From Octopus vulgaris (taxonomy: Eukaryota): a DNA stretch of 64,000 nt. The position numbers were made by a program, and so were the translations under genes. Of the stretch, positions 1 to 14,685 are shown one piece after another. The stretch lies in the NCBI GenBank assembly GCA_951406725.2, contig OX597831.1, forward strand, positions 46,872,001 through 46,936,000, given 5' to 3'. The notes under the pieces were generated by a model. That model was given only the letters and a program-made list of their open reading frames with translations, was not told the DNA's origin and searched no databases. The first letter of the stretch is position 1, and each line of letters starts with the position of its first letter.

Positions 1-349
1 TGGTTGACGGAAACTAAAAGAAGTCCATCGTGTATATAAATGTGTGTGTGTGTGCGCGCGCGCGTGTGTGTGTGTGTGTGCGTGTTCCTTGAGTCAGCCC
101 ACGAACTCTCCGGGATGCATCATCGATGACGTTATTGTAGCCCTAGTGCGTATCGATCTTTCAACGCCTGATCACCGGGCCTGATTGACCCTGCCAGGAT
201 TGGTGGATTGATTAAATCCCAGCTTGCACTTAGTAGAACATTTATCTACCCTCTTTGTCCAAACCCGTCTAGATATATTTTGCTATTTTAGGTAGAATAT
301 TTCAGAAGTTAATGTCTGTATGCATATAATAGATCATATAGAAATAGCT

Positions 350-650
350 GGGGGAGGTGCAATGGCCCAGTGGTTAGGGCAGCGGACTCGCGGTCGGAGG
401 ACTGCGGTTTCGATTCCCAGACCGGGCGCTGTGAGTGTTTATTGAGCGAAAACACCTAAAGCTCCACGATGCTCCGGCAGGGGGTGGTGGCGACACCTGT
501 TGTACTCTTTTGCTCCAACTTTCTCTCACTCTTTCTTCCTGTTTCTTGAGTAACGCTGCAATGGACTGGCGTCTCGTCCGCCATAGAAACCGGGAAACCG
601 GGCCCATGAGCCTGGCTAGGCATGAAAAGGGCGCATAAATAAAAATAAAA
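350..650 (+). mobile_element. SINE family B (tRNA-Arg-like head, CORE-like; resembles octopus OR-type SINEs)
   Basis: Head with A-box TGGCCCAGTGG and B-box-like GTTTCGATTCC, A-rich tail; same head at 21028, 35931, 49542. Confidence 0.8.
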
Positions 651-1010
651 AATAGAAATAACAGTTTATTGATGACACAGATACAACTTTCTTTTTCGGA
701 AATTATCACTAACGAATATTAATATATAAATATAAACATTTAAAGCATGTACATGATAGGGAGTGAGAGTGTGTGTATTTATATATATCGGTGTATGTGC
801 GTGCATATCTATGCATTGTCTAAATGTATCCATATGTATGTTATGATACATTCGAATACATAGCACGAAATTTTGTCAGAGAACAGGTTGCGGTTTCAAA
901 GCGACGAAAATATATTGACACAAACTGAATTTAAATGTTGAAGTGAATCTAACTGGGTTTTTTTTTCTGTTTTACTTAAATGGCTTATAAATACCTTCCA
1001 CGCTGCAATG

Positions 1011-1012
<2 letters not shown>

Positions 1013-1097
<85 letters not shown>
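1013..1097. repeat. (TA)n microsatellite (one of dozens in the window)
   Basis: Direct reading. Confidence 0.98.
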
Positions 1098-1101
<4 letters not shown>

Positions 1102-1138
1102 AAACATGGTACAAGACTTCAAGGCTCAAAAGCCCTGA

Positions 1139-1165
1139 AGGCTCTGAACTTTTCAAACAACCCTC

Positions 1166-1168
<3 letters not shown>
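1139..1168. mobile_element. Solo mariner-type terminal inverted repeat fragment
   Basis: GAACTTTTCAAACAACCCTCG-TA; reverse complement TA-CGAGGGTTGTTTGAAAAGTTC resembles mariner termini. Confidence 0.5.
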
Positions 1169-1225
<57 letters not shown>

Positions 1226-1353
1226 CATATATATATATGTATGTATGTATGTATATATACATGTATACATATATATGTATGTGTGTGTGTGTTATATGAT
1301 GTATCGAAGGCGGCTATACTCAAAATAAAACCAAAAAGGAATATAAATATATA

Positions 1354-1624
<271 letters not shown>

Positions 1625-2326
1625 CATATATTATATATGTGCACCAAAGTAGAAGGCATCACACGTATGTATGAAAATGAACAACTATACATACATACAC
1701 ACATTTACATGTAGGAATGTATACATATATTTATGCATGCATGCAAACATACACATACATACAGACATACACACATATATTTATACACACACAGACTCCC
1801 AAAGAAACACAGATATATATATGGGCGTATATGTCCTTATGTATCAAAGTACATATGTTTGTATATAAATGTGTGCGCGTATGTATGTATGTATATACTT
1901 GAGCAAATTGTGTTTGAGCAATTTCGTGCTTGGATTTATTACTTGTTGACGAGTATGAGTAATAAATTCAAGTAGTATGAATGTAAAAGGTGAAACGCAG
2001 CAGAAAAGATAAAGAAAGAGCGGAAAGGAAAGTAAGAAAGACGAAACGAAAGAACGAAGAGGGAGAGTTTTCAACAAGCTGGCAATCGCCATGACATTCC
2101 TGCGGGGACTTTACGTGAGTAGTTTGTATTTATATTAATAGCGTCTATGACGTCACTGCCTCGTTTTAATAGTTGAAAGTGTTTTTTTTTTTTTTTTTGT
2201 TTTTCGTTGTTCTTTTTTTCGTTTCTGCCAAGTGGATTTATGGATATATATATACACATAGGAATCTCCGCCCCATCCAACCCCTGAAGTACACCCACAC
2301 GCAGATATATAAATACATATACAAAT

Positions 2327-2390
<64 letters not shown>

Positions 2391-2491
2391 ATATATAGTG
2401 AGAGGGATAAATATATAGATGCACACACATATGTACATGTATGTGTGTATGTATATACACAAATGGGCACATATACATACGTATATATATG

Positions 2492-2547
<56 letters not shown>

Positions 2548-2727
2548 CATACATACATACATACATACATACACACATACATACATATGTTATGAGAGAT
2601 AATGGTGTCATTGGGACCCAAAGGTGTCAAGTAATGCTGAATAAGTGCTATAGATAGACCATAGTTAAGTTCCAAGTTTGGTGATTTTGCGAATAAGGGG
2701 TTCAATGTTGGTCATATGTCAGCGTGT

Positions 2728-2823
<96 letters not shown>

Positions 2824-3317
2824 TTAATCTCATGCAAATATACACGCGCATATATTTACATATGTATGTACACATGCATGTATGTATGTATTTATGTATG
2901 ATGTGTACGTGCATCTTTCTATCACATCGTCTTTCGTTTGTAAAAGAGTTAACCTATAAACTAAAGGTATACAGTCAAACTGACCAATTGGTTTTCGCTA
3001 TTACGCCTAGTTCGTAGCAGTGTCACGAGCTGTAAATCTAAATTTAATGTCCAGTCAGATTATCTCCTCTGACACTATAAAACTCTATAGCTTGGTGTTT
3101 ATGATCCAAAGAGTAATTGGTCGTATATTTAACACTCCTAGATAATGTCCATTTAAATTCAGATTTTTTAAAGCTAGAAGTCTAACAAATGAGAAACTTT
3201 GCATCTAAACTTTGCATCTATGCAACTAGGCGCATTTTTACTACCTCTTTTTTTTTCTTTTTTTTAGGAGAGCAGTTCCGAGTTCAAATCGAAAACGAGA
3301 GCAACATCCGGAGTATT

Positions 3318-3637
3318 CTTTTACTCTTGTTTCAGTCATTTTACTGTGGCTATGCTGGAGCACCGCCTTTAGTCGAGCAAACCGACCCCAGGACTTATTC
3401 TTTGTAAGCCTAGTACTTATTCTATCGGTCTCTATTGCCGAACCGCTAAGTTACTGGAACGTAAACACACCAGCATCGGTTGTCATGCGATGTTGGCGGG
3501 GGGGGGGGACAAGCACAGACACACAAACATATACACACACATACATATATATATATATACATATATACGATGGGCTTCTTTCAGTTTCCGTCTAGCAAAT
3601 CCACTCACAAAGCTTTGGTCGGCTCGAGGCTATAGTA
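3318..3637 (-). mobile_element. SINE family A, 5'-truncated
   Basis: Matches the reverse complement of the full copy at 42285-42692, including the internal (CA)/(TA) tract. Confidence 0.85.
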
Positions 3638-4646
3638 TTCAACAGCATGTCGGTATTTTGATACGGGGCACGAATCACCATGGTACACGTAAACATTTTC
3701 CAATATTCTGATAGCTTCCAGCCCTCCATGTTGGGTAAGTTTTTTGTTTTTTTTCTCAAATACAATTTAAATTTTTATGTTCTCCAACGCCGTTGAGTGT
3801 CTACCAATACATTAATCTGTCCCTGGAAATAAAAGAGACATAAAAAGTCCTCGGATTTAGACCGAACATCCTATCCATATAACAGTATGTGCGTGTGTAT
3901 GTGTGTGTGTGTGTCTGTCTGTCTACATGTATGTATAAACCACCGTAAAACAAGAAACCCTGTGTTTTTCCAGTCGCACACACATTTCACCCGATGAAAT
4001 GATATTTGCCATTGCATTGACTCCTCGAATGCGCTTCATACAAGAAAACCGTTTGACATTTAGTTGATCTGTCACTGAACATGTTGTCCACGTAATACTT
4101 GAAGTAGAGTTATTACCGTTATTATGTACGATGAAGTAGAATTATTACAGTTAGGAATTACGTGTGGATTGTACAGACTTACGTGATTACGTGATGTATT
4201 TATGACGTATTTTTATTGGGTTTTTTTTCTATTTTTTTTTTTTTTTTCCTTTTGCTATTACGCGAGGCTAAAGACACCACAGCTTTCATCACGCATTCAT
4301 GCATGCCTGAACCTCTGATACAAAGATGTCCTGAAGTATAATCGGAATGTGTTTTGACATCATTCAAAACAAGTGGGAGATTACCGCAGCGAAGAGAGAC
4401 AGAGAGAGAGAGTGAGTGAGCGAGTGAGTAAGTGGGTGAGTGAGTGAGTGAGTGAGTGAGTGAGTGAGTGAGTGAGTGAGTGAGTGAGCGAGCGAGTGAA
4501 GGAATGAGAGAAAGATATCTTCAGATTTGTAAACCAATGCAGAAAGCAGAAATCAACCGTGAATTCTATTATCGAAGTGTGACAAGTGCACAGGGGCGAG
4601 ACGTACAATCCTTGTGTGCGTGTGCATGTATATATGTATGTGTGTA

Positions 4647-4683
<37 letters not shown>

Positions 4684-4824
4684 TTGCGAGTGTGCGTGTG
4701 TGTGTGTATGCGTGCGTGTGTGTGTGTATGCGTGTGTGTGTGTGTGTGTGTGTGTATCAGCGCCAACATGCTCGCGTCAATAATTTGCATTTATATGCTT
4801 TGCCAAGCTTGAAGCAGAAAGCTA

Positions 4825-4869
4825 GTGATAATAAAGATGAAGAAGATATTGGTAACGATGGCAGCGAGG

Positions 4870-4901
<32 letters not shown>

Positions 4902-5067
4902 GAACAACATCATCAGCATGAACATCATGATCATCATCATCATCATTATATATATGATCATTACGATGGGGACGATGATGTTACAGATGGAAAAGAAAAC
5001 GATAAAAACGCTAGAGATTAGAGTAATAATGATGATGATGACGATGATGATGGTGGTGGTGGTGAAT

Positions 5068-5107
<40 letters not shown>

Positions 5108-5340
5108 GGAGGAGGAGGAGGAGGAGGAGGAGGACAGAATTTTAGTAATCCTAACTATAACGATAAAGAGTGAGAATAACGTAGGTAAAGATGATACCGA
5201 TTGCAGCGATAGTGGTAAATATGATGGCGGACATAGTGGTGTCGAGCTTATTGTGACGGTGATGATTGTAGCTAACATAGCGAGATTCATGTGATGCGTT
5301 GTCTTGGTAGTGGTGGTGGTGGTGGTGGTGGTGGTAGGGT
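4825..5340. repeat. Compound trinucleotide microsatellite (CAT/GAT/GGT/GAG)
   Basis: Direct reading; source of the poly-His, poly-Met and poly-Ser ORFs. Confidence 0.9.
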
Positions 5341-5700
5341 TGGTGATATGTCTTGGTGGTTTGGTGTCTTCTTTCAAGGTAATGAAACTCAAATCTGCAT
5401 ACACCGTTTCAAAATTAATTATAAGATTAATAAACACCGCTAATTATCTCTATTTAATACCTCGTAGCATTCTTTATCAATGAATTTATTTTCATTTGAT
5501 TCACCACTGTCGCCTTCCAGACAAAACAACTTTCCTTTAGTTCTTCACTCTCCAGTCCAGCCTTGAAATATTATTAGGCCTCCAGAGCTAAAATGAAAGT
5601 TGCTTGTCTTTTTCTTTGATGCAAAATTTTAGACATGGCAAAGGAGTAGTGTGGCTGTCTGAAGTAATTAACGCTGCCATTTGGGTGAATATACATATAC

Positions 5701-5768
<68 letters not shown>

Positions 5769-5850
5769 ATGTATGTGTGTGTATATATATATGTGTGTGT
5801 GTGTATGTATATATATATATATGTGTGTGTGTGTGTATATATATATATAT

Positions 5851-6061
5851 AGTTAATCCAAACAAGAAAGCACAAAGAGAAAACACAACAACACGAGGAC
5901 GTGGAACAAATATAGTATTATTAGACGCTCAGGAAGAAAGGGAAGAAGGAGGGTTTAACGTTTCGAGCGGAGCTCTTCGTCGGAAACATAGGAGAAGGAA
6001 AGATCCAGAGAAGGGAAGACAGAGGAAAACAAATCGCCAACGGTACACACGCGGTCACATT

Positions 6062-6066
<5 letters not shown>
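5851..6066 (-). mobile_element. Short Penelope-like/retrozyme-like element, family 1, embedded in (TA)n
   Basis: Homologous copies at 8806-9000 (+) and 62606-62742 (-) share the same AGTTAATCC end next to (TA)n; carries a hammerhead motif. Confidence 0.7.
5953..5987 (-). ncRNA. Minimal type I hammerhead ribozyme motif (CCGACGA core)
   Basis: Minus strand GTTT-CCGACGA-A-GAGC(TCC)GCTC-GAAACGT-T-AAAC: 4-bp stem I, 4-bp stem II, palindromic ACGT stem III. Confidence 0.65.
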
Positions 6067-6102
<36 letters not shown>

Positions 6103-6290
6103 AGATTACTTTTATTAGGAATGAAGCAGGTATCATGGAGATGCTAAAGTTTCAGTCAATTCTTCACTCTGTCAACATCATCACTAATATCCAAGCTGAA
6201 AGCGAGGTAAACTGGATCCGAAAAGTCGTTAAATGGTATAGATATACGTGTATGCGCTTGTGTGTGTTTGAGTATGTTTGTGTGTGTGTT

Positions 6291-6321
<31 letters not shown>

Positions 6322-6330
6322 ATGTATGCA

Positions 6331-6527
6331 TAAGGGGATGCTGAAAAGTTCCTGGCTTTAAGGGTGTCGCGAAGGGCCTGGTTTGGAGGCCTAAACTTCC
6401 GACTTTTTTTTACAGGCCTTAGAAAAAACTGAATTTGAGAGGTGAGTGTGTTGAATAAAATCATAATTAACTGATTCTCCTGTACTTTCTTTTACCCAAA
6501 GCCAAGAACTTTTCCCCACCCTTCGTA
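6331..6527. mobile_element. ~200-bp mariner-type MITE
   Basis: TIR-like ends GGGGATGCTGAAAAGTTCCTGGCTTT / AAAGCCAAGAACTTTTCCCCACCC with TA flanks; copies at 8320-8540 and 54552-54770. Confidence 0.7.
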
Positions 6528-7069
6528 TGTATGTATGTATGTATGTATGTATGTATGTATGTATATGTACGTATGTATGTACGTACGTACGTACGTATGT
6601 ATGTATGTATGTATTATGTATGTATGTATGTATTATGTATGTATGTATGTATGTATGTATGTATGTATGTATGTATGTATGTATGTGTGATGTATGTATG
6701 TATGTATGTACGTATACATGTGTGTATATGTATTAATCTGTGTATCTACGTATCTTTATATATATTTATATTTTACAGATTTGCTGTGTAACAAAGTACC
6801 TCTTCTTTCGTTAATTCCACGACCTTTAACTTGTATTGAGTCCTCTCTGGATTTCTGATCACCTGTATCTTCGACTCGAGAGTCTTCCGATATATATGTG
6901 TGCGTGTGTATGCCCGTGATGTGTGGTTGTGTGTGTTGTGTGTGTACTTGCATCTATGTATGAATTTATACATACATATGCATGCACACATACATAAACC
7001 CACACAGATATCGCAAAAGAAAATAAACGCCATCATTGCTGAAAGATTTATTTCTCCTTTCTTCTTTCC

Positions 7070-7410
7070 ATATAGACTGGCCGAAGAAGAGGTATTCTTC
7101 CAGCTGCACTGCCATAGTAACCAAGTTGATGGAGATGCTTCACAGAAGAACTCCGATTCGTTTGGAGTTGATTTGCATCGTCGGTTATCTTACAACTGAG
7201 ATTATTTTCAACAATCCACCTGACAGAACGAAGTTACTTGTCAGAAGGCCCGGGTCGAACTGAGCACCATGCTATTGATTGTTATTCTTTGTTGGTGAAA
7301 TGCACAATCACCCTGTAAATTGTAGCAAGAGGAATCCCATAGAATTCTGCAATCTCATGCTGGCTAAGTCCACCCTCAGACAAAGCCATAATACACTCTC
7401 TTTAAAATAA
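7070..7410 (-). pseudogene. Tc1-like transposase N-terminal (paired HTH) fragment, inactivated
   Basis: Manual translation [32 protein letters not shown]...RPGPS...LHQLGYYGSAAGRIPLLRP with in-frame stops; partial copies at 7980-8125 and 9240-9415. Confidence 0.7.
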
Positions 7411-7490
7411 AACTTAATAATACATTAACAAGTTTGAAGCAGCAGGTAGTGTCGGCACAAATAAGACGGTATAATGTGTGCGTGTGCTTG

Positions 7491-7532
<42 letters not shown>

Positions 7533-7754
7533 TATGTGCATGTATGAGTGTGTATGTGTGTGTTTGTGAGAGTGAATGCTGAAAAGTAATATAGATACAA
7601 GCACACACATCACACACAAAAACAACCAAACTTCATAGGCATACACACGCACATAGACACACGCACACATAGACACACACACATACATCGACACACACAC
7701 ACACACATAAACACACACACTCACACACACACATACCGTGTGTATTTGTGTGTG

Positions 7755-7811
<57 letters not shown>

Positions 7812-7936
7812 CTTGCATCTATGTATTTATAAATCTTTCAATAATGGTGGCGTCTATTTTGTTTTGAGATATCTGTGTAGGTTTGCGTATGCGTGTATGT
7901 GCGTGTGCATATGTATGCATAAATGCATACATAGAT

Positions 7937-7982
<46 letters not shown>

Positions 7983-8277
7983 GAGGAAACCCATGGATTT
8001 CTGCAATCTCATGCTGTCTAAGTCCACTCTCAGACAAACCCACAATACACTCTATGAAAGAAAATTGAATAATGCATTAACAAGTTTGAAACAGCAGGTA
8101 GTGTCCGTACAAATAAGACAGTATGTGTTTGTGTGTGTCTGTGTGTGTGTGTATGAGTGTGTGTCTATGTGTGTGTGTCAATGTGTTTGTGTGTGCGTCT
8201 ATGTGTGTGTGTGTGTTTGTCTATGTGTGCGCGTTTGTCTATGTGTGTGCGTTTGTCTATGTGTGTGTCTATATGTA

Positions 8278-8319
<42 letters not shown>

Positions 8320-8320
<1 letters not shown>

Positions 8321-8540
8321 TGGAGATTGATACTGAAAAGTTCCTGGCTTTAAGGGCTTCGCGAAATGCTTGATTTTAAGGCCGAAACTTTCGAGTTCTT
8401 TTACAGGCTTTAGAAAAACTGAAGGACTACTGCAATAATTGTGTGAATCTGAGAGGTGAATATGGTGAATAAAATCAAAATTAACTGGTTTCCTGAACTT
8501 TCTTTTACTCAAAACCAGGAACTTTTCACCACCGTTCGTA
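8320..8540. mobile_element. Mariner-type MITE, second copy
   Basis: Similar to 6331-6527. Confidence 0.65.
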
Positions 8541-8805
8541 TGTACGTATGTATGTAAGTATGCATGTATGTATGTATGTATGTATGTATGTATTGTATGT
8601 ATGTATGTATGTATGTATGTATGTATGTATGTATGTATGCATGTATGTATGTATGTATGTATGCATGAAAGTGTGTATGTATGTACGTATGTATGTATAT
8701 GTACATATGTGTTTGTATGTATGTGTGTGTATGTATGTATGTACGTATGTATGCACGTATGTGCATGTATTAATGTATGTATCTACGTATCTTTATATAT
8801 ATGTC

Positions 8806-9000
8806 TGTACCGTTGGCGATTTTTTTCCCCTGTCTTCCCTTCTCTGGATCTTTCCTTCTCTTATGTTTACAACGAAGAGCTCCTCTCGAAACGTTAAACC
8901 CTCCCTCTTTCCTTCTTTCCTGAGCGTTCAATAATACTATATTTGCTCCACGTCCTCGCGTTGTTGTGTTTTTTTTGTGGTTTCTTGTTTGGATTAACTT
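8806..9000 (+). mobile_element. Penelope-like family 1 copy with decayed hammerhead (8865-8899)
   Basis: Inverted homologue of 5851-6066; core reads ACAACGA. Confidence 0.7.
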
Positions 9001-10253
9001 TATATATATATATATATATTACAGATTTGTTGTGTAGCAAAGTACCTCTTCATTCGTTAATTCCTCTACCTTTGACTTGTATTGAGTCCTCTTTGGATTT
9101 CTGGTCATCTGTATCTTTTTGATTCGAGTCTTCAGATATATATATGTGTATGTATGTGTATGCCTGTGATGTTTGTGTCGCTGTGTGTATTTTGTGTGTG
9201 CTTGCATCTATGTATGTATTTAGACATATGCACGCACACATTGTAGCAAGAGGAATCCCAAGGATTTCTGCAATCTCATGCTGGCTAAGTCCACCCTCAT
9301 ACAAACCAACAATACACTGTCTATGAAATAAAAATTAATAATACATTAACAAGTTTGAAACAGCAGGTTGTGTCGGCACAAATAAGACGGTATAATGTGT
9401 GCGTGTGCTTGTCTATGTATGTGCACACGTATATTAGCATATCTACACGTCTGCGTATATACACTTCATGCTAAGCTTAATGGGACAGGACTGGCTGTTA
9501 CGAGTCTTATGCCCTTATCATAGAGGCTATACTACCGTCCGTATGTGGCAATAAAAAACACAATCACTTTACTAATCCCTGCCGTGCCTATATCACATAA
9601 TATAACGTTGCAATTCAAGTTACTATAGAATCTAACACGACTAAGCTTTGCAATGTTCATGAACAGATAGGAAAGTCAGTCGGTGAAGGTTAGCTGAGGT
9701 GCACATAGCTATGCATTCACATACAGGAAACAATGAACAATCTTTATGTTGATGCTCAAAATGGAAAAACAAAAAGAAGGAAATTTCATATCATGAAGCC
9801 ATTCGCTTAGACTTGTTTTTCTGTTATGCAAAAACTAAGACTCTTTTGAACCTTGTCTCTGTTGCATAAAATATAATGATGCGTTTTGTGTGAATTGAAC
9901 TGTTATGTAGAATTATGTGCATGAGCATGTCCAGATTGTACATTCATTAATATATACATTTATATTATAAGAATTTAGAAACTTGGGGAGAACGTGAAAT
10001 AAATAATTTTTAACGGGTGGTCTCGAAGTAGATAAATCTATCAATAAGGTTATCAATAAGCTATCAATAACAGCAGTAAATTTTGAGTTAAACGCCTTCG
10101 AAGTTTTCTGTCCTCAAGGATTTTTAACCCAATATTAACACGCTATTAATCATAGCCTTATATACTTCGAGTTCACCGTTACAAACTATAAATTCGTGTA
10201 TACATATACGTATAAATAGGAATTGCAAGATAAATAGATAGATAGATGGAGTG

Positions 10254-10350
<97 letters not shown>

Positions 10351-10679
10351 TGATATAACATAATATAATATAATATATTATATGATATGATATATACATA
10401 GAGTGGGTGTTGTATTCTCAATACGCTAAATAAAACACTGCAACACGGTGTGCAAATATCAGTTTGTAAATATAGTGTTATACCACACTAGAAATAGTGT
10501 TATTACTAATGTATGAAATTACGAAAACATGACAAAATATTTATAAAGGTTGAAAATAGATTGAGACACAAATATTGAAGCTAATTATAAGTATATGATG
10601 TCAATGACATCTTATACCTGAATTTCCGGTGAACTAGATCATTCACATCCACTGTATGTATACGTATAACGCAAAGGAT

Positions 10680-10714
<35 letters not shown>

Positions 10715-10919
10715 CATACACACTCACACACACACTCACACATACGCACACCCACACACACAAGATAACGAAGGTGGCTATAAGATATATAAAACCAAAA
10801 AGGAAGAGTTCAATTGTCACTGACGGTGCTGACTAGAAATAAGAGGTAAAACCCCACTTAGACGAAAAGAAGTCCAAGTCTATGTACCGACAGGGGAGCT
10901 AACCGCCCCACATCTATAT

Positions 10920-11008
<89 letters not shown>

Positions 11009-11103
11009 AAAAGAGATACTAAAACAGATACACATACATATATATATACATACATACACACATATGTACATACATACATTTTATCCATATATTAGGAAGC
11101 AAA

Positions 11104-11156
<53 letters not shown>

Positions 11157-11300
11157 GCATCTTTCAATATCTTTCTAGCAAATTCACTCACAAGGCTTTG
11201 ATCGGCTCGACCTATAGCAGAAGACACTACTATGTAGAAGGTGCAGCGTATGTATACAAGTACATCCATACAATACATACATATATGCCCCTTACCACAC

Positions 11301-11377
<77 letters not shown>

Positions 11378-11646
11378 TACACCAACGATCTTTCAAACTT
11401 CCTTCTCTTGCATTTACTTCACAAAATTTCAAGTGTCATGTAGAAAACCATTAACCACAACCTTCTCCAACACTTTGGATATTGCTCCCTTTTTAATATC
11501 CATCAGTAAAGCTTTCGTAAACCTAGGTGTAATTTATCTTTTATTTTTTAACTGTTTCAGTCATTAGACTGCGGCCATGGTCGTGCAGCACCCTTAAGAA
11601 TTTAGTCGAATGAAACTGTCCCAGTACCTGCAAGCATTATCATTAT

Positions 11647-11996
11647 TATTACCTCTGCCTTAGTAATGGCAGAGGTATTGTTTTCAGTCGTGTTTGTTTG
11701 CTTGCCTGTGGACAAGATATCTCAAGAACCGCTTGATGATTCGGATGAAACTTTCAAGGATGTTTGGCCTCGTGACTGGCACGAACTTATTAGATTTCGG
11801 CATCAATCCGATACTGGACAAGGATTCTGGATTATTTTTTCCTGTGTTATATACTTAATTTTTAGGGGCGGTCGGGTTCATTTTTTGCATTCTCGTTTAT
11901 TTCAGACATTCTCATTTTTAAAATCATCTCTGGCTAATCGTAGAGAGGATGTTGGCGTTGCCTTGGCGGAGGTTTTCCCTCCCTGAGTGCTCTTGT
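11647..11996 (+). mobile_element. Helentron/Helitron2-type non-autonomous element (HINE/DINE-like)
   Basis: Subterminal inverted repeats ACCTCTGCC / GGCGGAGGT, 5' hairpin ACCTCTGCC..GGCAGAGGT, TGTT-rich tract, 3' hairpin remnant, T-rich flanks. Confidence 0.65.
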
Positions 11997-12009
11997 TATT
12001 ATTGATTTG

Positions 12010-12280
12010 ACTCACGTTCGGTTTTACTCCTGGTAGGATTTATGTGAGTAGCGGGTTACTACTTGTGACCTTATATATCCACTAACTTTCAACAGTCTTT
12101 CAAATGCTGAAGATCCTTCTGATAATTTTTCCTGTCTCTAAGCCACAAACTTTCTGTAGAAGCTCTGCAGGACGTTCTATTCCAATCTCCTTCAGCAATT
12201 TGTCTATATGTTTGCTTACAGTTCCCAATGCACTAATCAGTATAGGCAAAATCTTTATATTTTTCATATTCCAAATTTAC
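12010..12280 (-). mobile_element. 3' end of R4/Dong-like RLE non-LTR retrotransposon
   Basis: Translates ILPILISALGTVSKHIDKLLKEIGIERPAELLQKVCGLETGKIIRRIF*, like the C-termini at 22880-23030 and 24000-24150; TTA-rich flanks. Confidence 0.65.
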
Positions 12281-12357
12281 AGTTTTCATATTCCAAGTTT
12301 TACAGTTTTCTATTATTGTTATTATTTATATTATCATTATTATTGTTGTTGTTGTTG

Positions 12358-12792
<435 letters not shown>

Positions 12793-12849
12793 GATGGTCA
12801 TCTATTCTCGTATGCCCCACTCTGCAGTGCTCTCGCGCTTGAAATATCT

Positions 12850-13900
12850 GATGAAAGTCATGGTGTTGCAATCGACATGAATAAAGCTTCGACCGAGCGT
12901 GACCAAGAAGGCGAATGTCTTCCTCCTAATTACCTGCTTAGCTCCACCTCTGTCCCTTTTCTTGGATCTGTAGCTTCCAAACAGATTGCACTATTGTAGC
13001 GTGTACATATTGAGCTTTCTCTGATCCACATTCTATCAACTTAGGTGTTTCTTAGGGTTTGGTTTTATTCTACACATCAACCATTTACTTGACGCCACCT
13101 TCAACAATGCTCACTCCCATGCAGATAATATCTCACTTATTCCCCCCTAACTTTCCACATCTGAGAATCTTTTACACAACACCTTGCCCTAAATCCTACA
13201 GTTAATGCTGTTTTAATGTCCCTTTCAATGAAAACATACACAACTAAGGAATACAGCAAGAAAATATTGCCTCACCAGACACTCATAAAGATGAGTCGTA
13301 CGAAACCAGAATCCCTGTGATTGCTTTAAAATGATTCACTTCGCTTCAATAAAGATCCTTTGTGGAGGATATATATCCTTAACGAAGTAAAGCCTGTGTC
13401 TTAAAGACTAGGTTCTTTTTTTTTTCTTCAACGCCAGAAAATACTTCATTCTCCTCTAACGACCAACCCTCTACAGAGCTCGGGTGAGACCCTCAGTGGA
13501 GCATTGCTCCCACATCTGCGTGAGGATTGCTATTGCTACTTTCACGGATATCCTCGACTAAATCCAGTGAAAGAACACTCGGCTGATCGGCTGATATGGA
13601 TGAAGTCAATTACACACTTCAAACTTTTGCTGTTCAGACTGGTTTGTCCTCTTTCGGCCTTTTCAACCACCACGGCAATATTTTCTGTCCCTAAGAACAG
13701 GCTAGTCTCGCGCCACCACCATTCAGACATTATCGATTCATCCATCGCACCTGTTATGATAACCTATATTATCTCCAGTCTTCCATCAACCCACACAAAT
13801 CAAAACACCCAGTCATTTCTCTCCAGAAAATTGTCCTTCTGGAATCCTCTCTCCGTGCAAGTCTTTATTGCAGTCGTCGACATGCAATATATAAGTGGAA
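12850..13900 (+). pseudogene. Highly decayed jockey/L2/CR1-group LINE reverse transcriptase fragment
   Basis: Remnant motifs VAIDMNKA (cf. ALDISKAFD), INLGVS*G (cf. INxGVPQG), HADN (cf. YADD), LYRARVRPSVEHCSHI; many frameshifts. Confidence 0.55.
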
Positions 13901-14209
13901 TGTTAGCAGCATCAATCTCACCGGTCTTGGAGAGTCTACAAAATCCCATTGGCAATGCTCAGTGCTCCAGACAAAACAAATCTATGTATAGGATATATGT
14001 ATTTATGTGAGTGTAAGTATACGTATACTTAAATAGATAGATAGATAGAGACATACATACATACATACATACATACATACATACATACATACATACATAC
14101 ATACATACATACATAGAGGGAGAGAGAGAAACGTCTTCTAAATTAAAGTGATTCAAAAGTATGTGGTAGTTTATATTTAGCAATTTTAAAGGAATAACAA
14201 CGCCAATTA

Positions 14210-14229
14210 GTGATGATGACGACGACGAC

Positions 14230-14292
<63 letters not shown>

Positions 14293-14685
14293 GATGGTGA
14301 TGATGATGACGATGATAACGACGACGATGAGGATGATGATGACGATGACAACAATAATGACGACAACGACGACGACGCCAACGTCGAAGACGACAACGAC
14401 AACGACGACGACGCCAACGTCGAAGACGACAACGACGAATGGGTGGAGGAGGAGGAGGAGAATGCCGAAAAAGTGACGGAATGTGTGGAAGATGGTAATG
14501 GTGATCCTTGGAACAACACAGATATCCACCGCACCACCACCACCACCACCACCACCATCACCATGACAGCTCCCACACTAATCATCATCAGGAGCAGCAG
14601 CAGTAGCAACACCACCACCACTATCACAGCAACAGCGACGACAACAACAACAGCAACAACAATAACAACAGCAACAACAAGAGCA
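14210..14685. repeat. Compound trinucleotide microsatellite (GAT/GAC/CAC/CAA)
   Basis: Direct reading. Confidence 0.9.

Noticed and set aside
352-425. tRNA genes at SINE heads
   Set aside because: A and B boxes are present but cloverleafs are imperfect and run directly into SINE bodies.
435-638. Recurrent small ORF MFIERKH(L/I)K (also 21112 and 49626)
   Set aside because: Lies inside SINE family B, uses a GTG start, and diverges by frameshift between copies.
4614-5021. His/Asp-rich ORF resembling a metal-binding protein
   Set aside because: Arises from (CAT)n/(GAT)n repeats after a (TG)n start; no splice or domain support.
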